A stretch of DNA of 64,000 nt from Tubulanus polymorphus. Taxonomy: Eukaryota; Animalia; Nemertea. A program made the position numbers and the translations under genes. Under the pieces are notes generated by a model. The model was given only the letters and a program-made list of their open reading frames with translations, was not told the DNA's origin and did not search any database. This document shows positions 12,252 through 24,944 of this stretch, piece by piece (the first letter of the stretch is position 1; each line of letters begins with the position of its first letter). The stretch lies in the NCBI RefSeq assembly GCF_964204645.1, contig NC_134027.1, positions 26,746,560-26,810,559 of the forward strand. The letters are read 5' to 3'.

Positions 12252-14475
12252 ATGGCAGAAAATGGTGATGGTGAACACGAATTTACCAACGATTCTACGA
12301 CATTTGACGACGTGTCTACAGAAGGTTTAGGTACCGATGATGTTGATGTTTCACCAGGAGACACGACTGAAGATACAAATCCAGAAGATCCAGTAGGTTT
12401 TATATAAATCATGTTTTTCCATGATAGATTTTGATTTCTTTTCGCTTTAATAGAATGAAATGATAATATTTGTAGGAACTTGAAGCAATTAAAGCTCGTG
12501 TTCGGGAAATGGAAGAGGAAGCTGAAAAATTAAAAGAAATGCAGAATGAAGTCGATAAACAAATGAATCTTAGTACAACATCGTCTTCTGGTCTAAGTAA
12601 GTACATACTATATAATATAAAAAAACAATAATCTGATTCATGTGAAATGTAACAAAATGCAAGTTTTTCAGAAAATTTTGATCCTTTTTATGCAATATAC
12701 CAGGGGCTGCAGTTGCTCAAAAGTTGGTAAGAGTTAACCAGTGGATAGTTAACATAGTGACAATTAAAATTTCATTGTTACTATGGTATTTAACCGCTGG
12801 TTATTTTTAACCAATTTTTGAGCAACCGGTCCCAGGGTGCTTAGATTTTATGATCGAGCTACGAATTTAAGTCCACGAAATTTGATTTTAATTGGTCAGA
12901 ATAAGACTATGAAAATCTGGAAAAGTTATGTGAAAATTCTAGAGTCCATCGATCTGATCAGTCACAGCGTAATGAGTATTTCTACAAAGTAGTATTTATT
13001 TTCAGCGAGTCCATTATCGATGTCAATGGAGGAAAAAATCGACGCCGATGCCAGATCTATACACGTAGCTAATGTAAGTGATTATCTGGATACAGATTTC
13101 AGAAACAACAATGAATTCAGTTTGGACGACGGAAATAAACGAACGTTATGATAATTTGCAGGTTGATTACGGTGCAACTGCTGAAGAATTAGAGCAACAC
13201 TTTCACGGTTGCGGTTCTATAAACCGTGTTACGATTTTATGCGATAAATATACCGGGCATCCTAAAGGGTAATTATTATACGACGATAAACGGTCGAAAT
13301 TTATTTCGCTCTCCGCTAATTGATTGTTATTATCGATAGGTTCGCGTACATCGAATTCGCGGATAAAGATTCAGTCACTACGGCCCAGGCTTTGAACGAT
13401 TCGTTATTCAGAGGTCGACAAATAGCGGTAAAAATAAACTAAAATCAAACTCATTTATATCAATGATAATAATGATAATGTATTTTCTTATATAGCGCTT
13501 TACTTCAGTATAAAACTATATTCAGTAATTTAAAACGCTTGGAGAAGTTAAAATTTACAGATGGCTAAGATTAGTTGCAGTCATAAACTTTTCCATTTGC
13601 AATAACGGGACAATTGCTCAAACGTTGGTTACAGTTAACTGGTGGACAAATACCAAATTCAATTGTCTCTGTGGCATTCATCCATCCAATGAACTTTAAC
13701 TAGCTTTCGAGCAACTGACCTAAGTGTAAGTCTTAGTTGTCATTTGGATATTTATCATCACATAACTGAAGTTGTCTCAATTTTTTAGTCCAAACTTGTA
13801 ATTGCAAATCAATTAACTATTGCTTTAGTTATCATTTGGATCAGTCATCGATTTAATGACCATTACAGCGAAGACATGTTTTGCAAGATTAACTGTATCT
13901 AATATTGGGACCCTGAAGAACATTCATTCCGTTGAAATGCTAAGAATGTCGCTGTTTTTTTTTTTTGTAGGTAATGGTGAAACGAACGAACAGACCGGGT
14001 ATTTCATCGACGAACCGACCTCCGCGTGGTCGAGGACGAGGTCGAGGCAGAGGTTATAATCCGTATTTCTCTAGTTCATTTTCATCGTCGTACCGACCCC
14101 GTGGTCGCGGAATGTACAGGTCAGTCGCTTTCCATCCTATTCTAATTCTGTCTCTTCTAAGATTTCAATCAATTAAATTTCTTGTATAATATTTTCATTT
14201 AAATATTTCAGATTCACGCGTTTTTCTTTGTTATACATATACTTTTTCAGCAAATCAAATTCACTGTTGAAGACATTGCATGTTTTATCTCCTGATCTTA
14301 AGTTATGAAAACTGTAGTTTGCTTCCGTATGATGATTTATATTATTTGCTCGTAGATGTTTTTCATTTCAGAACGCGCAAGTATTTTTTCTAATCAGAGA
14401 CATGAGAGTAAAATTGTAATTCTATTGTTTTCTCTATTTCTCAGACCTAGACGACCGTGGTATTCTCCGTATTAG
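12252..14475 (+). CDS. PABPN1: Nuclear poly(A)-binding protein PABPN1/PABP2, 7 coding exons
   Basis: [29 protein letters not shown] ([48 protein letters not shown]), [13 protein letters not shown]-rich tail, C-terminal WYSPY*. Confidence 0.95.
12704..12832. mobile_element. MITE family B (Harbinger-like, CAG TSD); copies at ~13606-13720, ~42920-43035, ~44722-44825 and ~61267-61383
   Basis: TIR gggctgcagttgctcaaaagttgg / ccaatttttgagcaaccggtccc; shared core gttaaccagtggatagttaacatagtgacaatt. Confidence 0.75.
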
Positions 14476-16872
14476 ATGTTGTTGCTGAAGCTTCACACAC
14501 AAAATAGTAAATTGGCAGAAAAAAAAGAAACGAAAGAAAAAGAAAAAAAAAAGCAGTCAAAATAATGAATGAAAATTGATGAAAAAAAATATATATATAA
14601 AGAAAAGATACTGCGAAAAAATAAAAATATTTAAAAAAAAAGAGATGAAAAAAGATACTGCTAGAAAAAAAAATACTGCCAAATTTAGAATACCTGTTCA
14701 TTGTATACTGATACTACATCTTTCGATTTCAGAATTCAGAAAACTTTATCGCGATTATTGACTGTTTTTAAAGGCGAATGGAGTTTGTGTGTTAATATGT
14801 TTTTTGCAGGATATTTTCTCGTGCGGTGTTTGTGCAGATGTGACAGCTCGGCTCATAATGTGAACGTTTCTGCTTCTACTTTACGTAATTCATTATTTCT
14901 GATGAAACCTCAAACTTTTTAACGTGTAAATATTGTCAAAAGCTGCGGTTCATGAAATTGAAAACTGGACTTCTTACCGCAAACGAAATGAGCACAGCAT
15001 TCCTCGGAAGTTTGCATTTAATCTGATGAATATTGATAGATAGCAAGTTATTTCAAGCTATTCTTCTATGTAATTGTACTACCATACATAGTTGTTTGTG
15101 ACTGTTTTATGTCAATATCTTCATTCTGCTAATCAGAAATGTTCACTTGGCGTAGATTTCAAATTTTTCACTACCTGCTTCATTCTATTACTCAATGTTC
15201 TGTAAATCTTCCATCCAAACTACTAAAAATGATAATCTTGTGTTTGTCATTAGAACTGATATAACGTTTGAAATTATTAGTAGTGTGAAAAATAAGAGTC
15301 AGTAATCTGAAGTTGAAATATCATTTGGCTTTGTTTTAATCTTTGGTACAATCATAAATTTTGTCAGAAATGTCAGATTTCCTTTTTAGTTTGAAAAAAA
15401 TAAAATCTTACATTATTCACGTGCCTTTAGTTTATAACTTGTTGTTTATTTTAGTATGGATTTGAGGAATATCAGTACAATGGATCTGAGGAATATCGGT
15501 ACAATGGATAGGAGCATCAGTACCAGTTGGACAATAAGAGTACATGGAACAAACCCTTTTAAGCCCTTTTAAGAAAAGTATTTAACCATATTGTCCTCCA
15601 TTGTGTAACCAGATTTGGAATAACAAATTTCAACATTTGTACAAAAGCTAAGTTTTATAACGATATGCTGTTCAAACATCATGAATTATAGGCCAGGGTA
15701 TTGTTAATGATCATGAATAGACCACATCAGACTGGTCTTCACAGCTAAATGCTCACTAAACTGATGACCAGTCTCACATAACACATTCGCCACAGTTCAG
15801 TGATTAGCACATTTGGCTTGAAAATTGGGTTCAAATCTCTGCAGAGCTAGAGTTAGGTCACAGCTACATACACATTTATTCTGAATAAGATGAATATATT
15901 TCTAGCAGGTTTTGGTTTTGGTTGCACGCAAGAAAAGATTTCCATCCCTTTTGGATTCCTTCCAATTTCGTAAGCTTTTTTGGGTTAAAAACATGAAATT
16001 CATCTGGCGGTATGATGGGATACAACTAAGTTTAGACGATTTTAGGTGAAAAACTGACTGACACAAATAAATCATCATTTTGAAAATAAATGCTTTGTTT
16101 ATTTGCATGGCACATATATAACAGGTAATGTACATGATGAAACTGAATTTAGGTTAGTTCTACAAGCTTCAATATCTGGAACTGAAAATAGCTAACATTT
16201 CTTTATGATACATTCCTATTACATGTACAGTGTTATAATGATATTCGTCACCATCTATATACAATAGATTGCAGTACATACAACTCTCAATCACTGATAT
16301 CTGAAATAATTAACTATCGTCCAGTTATTGAAAAATAAGACATGAAAATCAAATAAACATTCTGCTCCAAATGCCCTAAAACATTGTCCGCATGTTTATA
16401 CGTCGAAATATATGTGTGTGTGTGCAAAAACAGATTATAAATGCTTACATGATAAAGCAAAAGATTTTGATGTAAGTAAAAATAAAAATATTTTCATTTA
16501 ATATATCTACACGTACATAACATTTGAGTAAGGTAATAATATTCTGAGAGAGAGAACTGAATTTCTTCATCACGAGATCAATAACGTCACAAACCCTGCT
16601 TCACTTGTAAGTAATCACTGAGTACTCTTGCAGCTTGCGGTTTATTCAATCTACCGATTGTTTTAACTCTTCTTACTCAGTATTCAGCCAGTTTTGCCAG
16701 CTGTATTTCAATATATATTCTGTCTCTATAACAGGGGGGCCGAACCGGAAATCTGTACTCGCGACCTGTGAACTTTTCGAGCAGTTGACACGATGCGACA
16801 CGTCTGCCCGATCTTCAGAATTTGTGCTCAGTGAATCAGCAATGTTTTAATCGATACTAGCAGCAGTTGATG

Positions 16873-19800
16873 CTATGTAAGTTCACCGTATTCCGAAACT
16901 CCATGATTCGGCGACCCGAGTCTCATAACCCCTACTGAGCGATCTTTAGACGCCGTTACCAGATCTACAATAAACTCATTAAGGAATAAACGAAGAGACA
17001 AGAGCAGGGGCGATGCTAGGAGGTTCCCTAAAACGTCCAGAAAGATTTGGCATTGAGCTCATTGACACTCAGTGTCTTACAGAGGGAGAGAGTTAGGGGG
17101 GATGTGCTCCCTCTAATCCTCTCCCCTCATAAGACACTTCTTGTAAATTTACAATTCTCTCAACGCTTCAGCCAACTGTCATTTGAAGTTTGAAACCCCT
17201 AGTTAAATCCCTGGATCTTTAGAAATATTGGTAGTAAATTGTAAATAAATGGATACATTCATCGTATGGAGAAATATCCATATCTTCAACATCGGCTTTA
17301 TGCGTGTAAACATCTCCTAAATACTCGTGATAATCGGGCCATCTACGATACCGACGTATAACACCTCTATCACACGCCGTGTATAGCATACTTCCATTAG
17401 AAGTATACCTTCAAATAAACAATACATTCACAATTAATCAAATGCACACAGTACTATCTTTACTTATTAGAAACTTTACTTATTGGTTTATAGACTGGTC
17501 TTAGATCAAATCCTTGAGACCAAACCTTGATAATAATAATAATAATTTTATTTTCATCATATGTCATACAAGAGTAGTATCTTACATTGTAGGAATTCTC
17601 ATAGTTTTAAGATATATAAGATGAGGGACACAGTGCAAGCCTAGGGCTGTACGAATAATTACTAAGGCACATTGCCCACTTGATTGGAAATAATGTTCCA
17701 GTGCCTACCTTATTTTCCACAGGGGCATATCTCCGTTTTCTTTAAGTTTTTCTTGAATACCAGAATCAGGAAGGTAAGCGCACGCGTAACTACCGCCCAT
17801 CATTATCAAACCTATATCAAACAAATAAACAACAATTATCAATCGTATTCGAAGTGCTGGAATTCTAAACAAATTATAAATATGTTTCTCTTTTCTTCTT
17901 ACTCGCGAAACCATCATCTTGAACGGATCCGTAATGTTCAGGTGTAGGACATACACTGTTTAAACTATGACCAGCGTCAATCGCGTGAACTATTTTACCA
18001 TCGAACGTAAGAACCTGAAATTAATTCAAAGAGAATCAGTTTATACATCATTGGTTTATAGGCCTATATTTATCATACACGCTATAGTGGATAGATAGTG
18101 ATGATAGTGATGATGCCAGTCAACAAATTATTGTTTTATAGTAACTTAAGATTAACTCTATCCATGGTAAGCAATCTTTATTATATTCATTACTATAAAG
18201 AGACCATAAAAATTAAAGTTTTCCTTCATTTCATCAGTTTTCAAGCAGACCTGTCACCACAGGTCCCGAGAAGCTCTGCAAAATGGCGCGAGCTGCCGTG
18301 TGAGGTCTCGCTTCAAAATTATTGTTTTATAGTAACTTAAGATTAACTCTATCCATGGTAAGCAATCTTTATTATATTCATTACTATAAAGAGACCATAA
18401 AAATTAAAGTTTTCCTTCATTTCATCAGTTTTCAAGCAGACCTGTCACCACAGGTCCCGAGAAGCTCTGCAAAATGGCGCGAGCTGCCGTGTGAGGTCTC
18501 GCTTCAAAATTATTGTTTTATAGTAACTTAAGATTAACTTTATCCATGGTAAGCAATCTTTATTAATTCAAAGAGAATCAGTTTATACATCACTGGTTTA
18601 TAGGCCTATATTTATCATACAGACTAGAATGGATAGATAGTGATGATACATACTTTACACATGCCATCAGCACCGGCAGTCAACAGGATCCTACCACGAT
18701 CGCCCCACGGCCATGTTTCATGTAGGAACGTCACATCTCGGATGTTATCTGTATGAACCTGTTTTATTTTGAATTTTTAGAGAATGAGTTAAGATAAGGA
18801 AAAAAACTTCAGCTGATTTTCAACCACATACACAATTGCCACAGGGGCTTGTCACATTTGATAGTAGATGGATTAAATCAGTATCCCTAATTCTTTTTTA
18901 TACAGGAATACAGGGGTTAGTTATTATTGATACTGGTGTGATCCATTCCTATCAAATGCAGCTTGTACATATAGTGGCCTATTTCTATCCCTCCTCCAGA
19001 AGTGTATGAACTTCACTCCTAAACCTAAAGCTACTTACATCATTGATAAAATCGAGTGGCAATGGCATTCGAAAATCGAACAACGTCAAACCCTATAAAT
19101 ACAGACAGATCAGAGTTCATTCATTTAAGAGCAGCGAGATTTCGGTTTACTGGAAACTATTAGAGAAAATACCTTTCCATTTACGCAGCAGCAGACGGCG
19201 ATGTTAGGAGCGAGAGGATCAGCTGCAAGTCCTGTTCGATCTCGTCCATTAAACGCACCTAAAATACATTGAGATTATAGTAAATATTCAAACAGTTTTA
19301 ATATACTCTGTTCATTTGTGATTGGATTAACTAATTAACTAATGACGTCATTTGAATAAGTTGTAAATACAATGATAGTTTGATCATATGTTAGATGTAT
19401 TAGAATACTTGCAATTATCATATGATAAAATCTGAGTTCCTCTTTCAATGTCAATCATAGCGAGTCTTCTAGCAGTCGTAGTAGCAAGAATCTGAAATAA
19501 TCAATCAACTCAAATATCAAACAAACCGCCTTTTATTTTTGTTTGGTGGCTATTTGAGTGAACTCACCCTGGCTCCGTCACAAGTAAAACGCACTGCGTT
19601 GATATTCCTCGCTAAACTTACTGTAGTTATCTAAACAAATATAAACAATAACCATTAATCAGAAATCCAGTTGTGCAGAGACCAGAAGTGTTCATAAGTT
19701 GCCAGATTGGCTTCAGAATGTTGAAGAATCGGGAAAAAATTCAATTCTCATGTGAAATACTTACAGCATAACTTTGAATGTATTCAGCTTTTTTAGCTGA

Positions 19801-20008
19801 ATAAAGATTGACTTTACCATCATAGGCTCCGGAACAAAACAAATAGCGATCCTATTAGTGAAAACAGATCATATTTATAGCCTATATAAGGAAATGTATC
19901 TAAAACGATTGCAAATATTCTGATAGAAATTACCTTCGGATGAAATGCGACTCCTCTAACGCTACCCTGATGATAGCGTAGAAACTGAACCGGACCTTCT
20001 CTCTGCAT
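16873..20008 (-). CDS. Uncharacterised WD40-repeat protein, ~11 coding exons
   Basis: Spliced translation: MQREGPVQFLRYHQGSVRGVAFHPK/DRYLFCSGAYDGKVNLY.../INAVRFTCDG.../VHTDNIRDVTF...LLTAGADGMCK.../HKADVEDMDISPYDE/YLVTASKDRSVGV...ELT*; several WD40-like blades. Confidence 0.8.
16965..17256 (-). other. U12-type (minor spliceosome) GT-AG intron, last intron of the WD40 gene
   Basis: Donor GTATCCATTT, branch point TTCCTTAAT about 12 nt before the acceptor end, no polypyrimidine tract; splicing restores the frame (YDE-Y-LVTASKD). Confidence 0.8.
18021..18648. repeat. Intronic local duplication: 191-bp tandem unit (2.3 copies) bracketed by ~87-bp direct repeats
   Basis: 18125-18562 has period 191; ttaattcaaagagaatcagtttatacatca...gatagtgatgata occurs at 18021 and 18563. 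Confidence 0.85.
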
Positions 20009-20429
20009 CTTCTTCACATCTACAACAGGTTTACTGTGGGTGCCTGTTACAACAGATTCAGAGACAATATCAGTCAACTCCAGATTAATCAAGATAGATT
20101 TCAACAAGTCAGGTCAGTAACCGGAATAAAGAGTTTTAGAATCATAATCAGATAATCTATACACAAGCCTCTATCCGATGAAAAAGGAACAGCGAAAAAG
20201 CATGGATGATAACTTGTGTACAAAACATTAGCCTACATTTACAAAAAAAGATTAATTGAATTGGACATGATGGGAGATAAGTCTCAATTTTCAGAGGAGA
20301 AACAGTTATTTCTATCCAATCGAGTCATTTGAAATTACGCGAGTAAGTGTGAAATAAAATGTAGAACTTACATAGAATTGAGTGCAATGAACTGAAGCAT
20401 CGAATAGGCGAATATCAGAAATGAGAAAC

Positions 20430-20480
20430 CCAACCAACCAGGAAGTGTAACCTTTCTGAACCCGGAAGTGAAAATCGAAG
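20430..20480. promoter_or_regulatory. Probable bidirectional promoter between the WD40 gene and TPRA1
   Basis: Two ETS-type motifs (CAGGAAGTG, CCGGAAGTG) between divergent genes whose start codons are ~700 bp apart. Confidence 0.5.
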
Positions 20481-20709
20481 AAGAAAAACATTGATAAAAT
20501 GCGGAATAAATGGTGTATAAATTACAGACAGGTGACGACAGTATATCGAACAGATAACTCACAGTTAGAACTGATTATTTAGAAAGAAACTAATGTTGAC
20601 AGAAACTGGTTAGAGGCGAGTAGAATAAAGAATATATAGCCATAAACAAGACGCACTAATTATCGAACTAAACCGACTGTAAAATAGTGAAGATCTTATG
20701 ATCGTTGAA

Positions 20710-23700
20710 ATGGAAAACGGTTCGACAACGACTCCGATAACGAGTACAACGAGCGCCGTTATAACTCCGAATGCATCGATATCACCTCAACCAATACAAG
20801 AACACTTCTGTCAAGCTGTTCTGTTTGATGAAATAGGGAGTGGTGACAAGTGAGTCAATTGATCATGAGTAATATTCATTTATCCAGTTTCTTTTTTCAA
20901 AATCTGTCAAAGACCTATTTCTATCTTTCAGACAAGTGCGGATATGGGATTTGATTATATTTTTGCCAAACACAGTTTTTCTTATTTTCCTGCTCTGTCA
21001 AATTCGTCCTGCCTGCAAAAAATTGAAGAGTTCCCAAAGTCCGATATTCACGGCATTCTATGGTCTCGTAAGTAAGATATGAATCTATCTGCTGTAAAAG
21101 GAATAAAAGCAATTGTTTTATACCATTTGTGTTTTGTATTGTAGGTATTGTCAGTAGCTATAGTAGGTGAAGTTAGATGTATTGTATCAATGAGTGTTAA
21201 TGCTGCTAAAGTAGCTGGTGACGTAACTGATAGGGTAAGTTATCAACCTCATTTAACTGATTACTAAAAAAATACGGATTTTGAGATGATAGAATTTTAC
21301 ATTTTGACTTTTCCCTATTAAGGTTCTATGGTTGCTACTTCGTTTTTCTCTACTGGCTACAGAGATGTCGGTGCTTGTATTTGGTCTAGCATTTGGTGAG
21401 ATAACCCATAATCAAAAAAAAGATAAACTATGAAAGATTTCCAAAATTTATCGTCACTATCATTTATTTGTTTCCGATTGTGGGTTTTTCTGCTAACCGC
21501 GATGAATCATTTTTGAGTGTTATGTGATTATTATTTTCAGGTCACCTCGACAGTAGAACTAGTATCAGACGTGTGCTATTTGTAACATTCTTTCTTGCCC
21601 TGATTTACTCTGTAGCTCAGGTAAAATATACAAGTGTTCGTAGTTCCATAGATCTTCCTCTAAATGACTAGTTTGTTTATTTTCAATGCTTCGATCTTGC
21701 AATAGGAATAATTTTCTTAGTCATTTGATTACAATAGTTATTTCTTGAGTCCCTTACAAATCCACCATACCTGCAGGGAATGAAACAATTTCAGTTTGAT
21801 TTTGAATTCGGAATTAGCATGATTTTTTCTAGAAACTTTTGTTCCAGTTCATGTAAATAAACATCGATCTAGCCTGAATGTAGACCTTATTATCAAATCT
21901 TAACTGTCAAACTTGGACGTGATTTTAGTCCCAAATTACTTTTTGTGTGTTTTCCATATTAATGACAAATTTTCTTAACTCATTCTCAGGGCACATTAGA
22001 ATTTGTGAAGAAGGACAATCGAAGAATATCTTCACCATCGCATAATTTTGATATTTTCGGTCACGGAGGAATGATCTTCTTTTGCGCGAGTTCTTCTTTC
22101 TTTTTTATTGTAAGTACCCGGTGTAATAGAAATTCATAATTCTCAACGATTTCCGATGAAATACAGCAGAATTTTGCTTTAAACATTTTCAGATATATTT
22201 TGTGATATCTATTCTTCCATTGTTGAGCCTTCCTTCACGATACCCGCTACCGAGTAAGTATCTAAGCTTTCTAATCTCTCATACAGTAGAACCCGCTTAA
22301 TCCAGATCATTTGGAACTAACAGAATCTGGTTTTATGAAAAATCGGGATTAAACATCATATTTTACATAGGGGTCATTCATTTATTACGTACGCATTAGG
22401 GGAGGGGGGGGTCAGTGCAATTGCCTACTGTAAAGCTTAATGTATACGAAGAAATGGCCGATTTTGCGTACAGAGGGGGAGGGGGGTTGATAAAGTAAAA
22501 TTTTATGCATACGTGATAAATGAACAATCCCATATGTAAGTGGGGCTGTTAATAATAATTATCAGATCAAAATTCTGATCTGAACTGATCTGAATTAAGT
22601 GGGTTTGACTTGCTGGTATACTTGAATTTTGAGAAATCCTATTTTGTTGATATTTTAATTATTTACAGCTCGAAGAGGTTTCTATTATTACACCGGTTTT
22701 CTGTGTATAATGAATGCTGCTACTACTATTGGGAGTGCGTTAATATATAGTGAAATCACTGATGGTATCTGGTAAGTGATTCATGATTCTACCTTTCTCA
22801 AATAATCAACTTCGAATGGGAATCCTTCTCCTAATGAAACTTTTTACGATTACTTTTCCAGTGTAGTCGATGTTACAACTTTCATATATTTCGCACTTTT
22901 CGCTCCTTTGATTTATGGTACATTCCTTCGAGAATTCTTCAAGTAAGTTTCTACATTCAGCATAAAAACAGGGTAGTCACTGTATACGTTTGACTGGTTT
23001 TATAATTAGAAGTTATGAGCTTTGACAACTAGTGCATAGCTTCATCTGGTTAAAGACTCATTAACTTGATAAGCTTTCATTAAAATCAGTTAACCTACAC
23101 AGTACGACCTGTTAGTGGTTTATTGATTTGACACTAGGTTAACATTTAAGCGGCCTCAGTAATGTTTGATGTTGCATTCACTATCAGTAAAAAGCTGGCT
23201 CGAATCCTGCTGGCTACTTACAGTGTGTTTACAATGTGGGCAATACCTAAAAGCTGTGGTCTCATAGTGAGGTTAAATGAACAACCTAATAGGGTTATAT
23301 ATAGTCTTGGGAAATCAAGATTTGAATGCTGTAAAGCAAAAACAAACCAAACTGAAAACTGAAATATCTCAATTATTACATCTGAAATCTTTCTATTCTA
23401 GTAGGATTGATAATTTATAACTTGTCTCTGATTATTGAACTGATATGTTTTGTGTATTTGATTATCCAGAACGGTTCTCCCGACGAGTATACTATTCTCG
23501 TATAAGACACAGATCGATGAATTAGCCGATGATGAAGTGATTATGCCTCATCAATCTTCAACGTCTGCAACCGATACATCCGCGACTCTGACGATCTACG
23601 ACAGCACGCAGTTTGACACTAATTCATGTAATATCACGCCGAGTCCTAATCCGTTATATATGGTCGCCAGTATGCCTGCCGATAATTCAACTTACGACTA

Positions 23701-23716
23701 TAGCATTAATACTTGA
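20710..23716 (+). CDS. TPRA1: Transmembrane protein adipocyte-associated 1 (GPR175) homolog, ~10 exons
   Basis: QVRIWDLIIFLPNTVFLIFLL...[93 protein letters not shown]. Confidence 0.9.
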
Positions 23717-24172
23717 ATTAATGCGAGGATTAATGCCGTAAATGACATATAATAAATGTACACACACACAATGAATGTAAGATCTGATGAACACTGTCTC
23801 GCGATAATATTGATTCATTCCAAATACTGCAGTTCGTAGGATAAATATCGATGTAGTATCTTTGAACAAATTCATGTATATGTCAATGTAATAATGTTTT
23901 AATGTTTAGTATAATGTTGCATGAAGATTGGATTATTTCCAACTCGGCACACTGGCCCGCTATGCTTCCCCACCTGCTACAGGTCATCTTTGCAGATTAG
24001 TGCTTGGATATTTTTGTGTGAATATTGATGCTAAACTAAATAATGATATGTACATTTTTTGTTGAATGTTAAATAAAGATAGTAAATACTGCTATGTTAA
24101 CAATAAACAATACTTATTGCGTTATCTTATGCATTAAATTCTTAAATCGAGATATTTTTCATGAAACTGAAT

Positions 24173-24324
<152 letters not shown>

Positions 24325-24944
24325 CCGTAGAAATTAATATGAGGTAGAAATCTGACGCCCTTACAAATATGTGCCGGATCGGTGATTTCGCCCGCAATGG
24401 TGTCATAGGTTTAACCGTCACGTGCTGCCGCTATATAAATTAATAGTGGCGAACATGAGAACTAACTCAACTTACAATATTCCTACTGTGGCATGCGACT
24501 TCCGCCCAGCACGTGCTGCCATCTATATATGTAAATGTGGCCCCAATTTCGAAAACAGTGAATGGCAGCGTGTTGATTAGTAAGTGTGACTCGCCTCGTT
24601 GCATATCGCTTGTTTGATTAAACTGATTTTGTAGGAAAACTGATGAAACTAAGAGAAAAAACAGTCGATTATTTAGAACCATAGCATACATGGGTGCATT
24701 CTAACAATGAGCCAAAAACGGTCCATTCAATTCATCTATTTCATTCTATTTATTCTGCTACAAAAAAATTCTCGCTCCAGTCCACGATCACAAGAAACGA
24801 AAGTAATACTGCCTGCAACACCCCTCAAAACGAAGCCGTAATAATTATTACTTCTTGATTCATGGATCAAAACTAGAACTAGGCTACTCTAGCACTAGCA
24901 GGGCCCAGCTCGAGCTATGCCCAAAAAATTGGAGAGTTATTAGT

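Noticed and set aside
18215-18250. CTGATGA...GAAA on the minus strand (hammerhead), and resemblance to the U12 snRNA 5' end
   Set aside because: No stem II can form; the U12 branch-pairing GUAAGGA is not matched and spacing to an Sm site is wrong.
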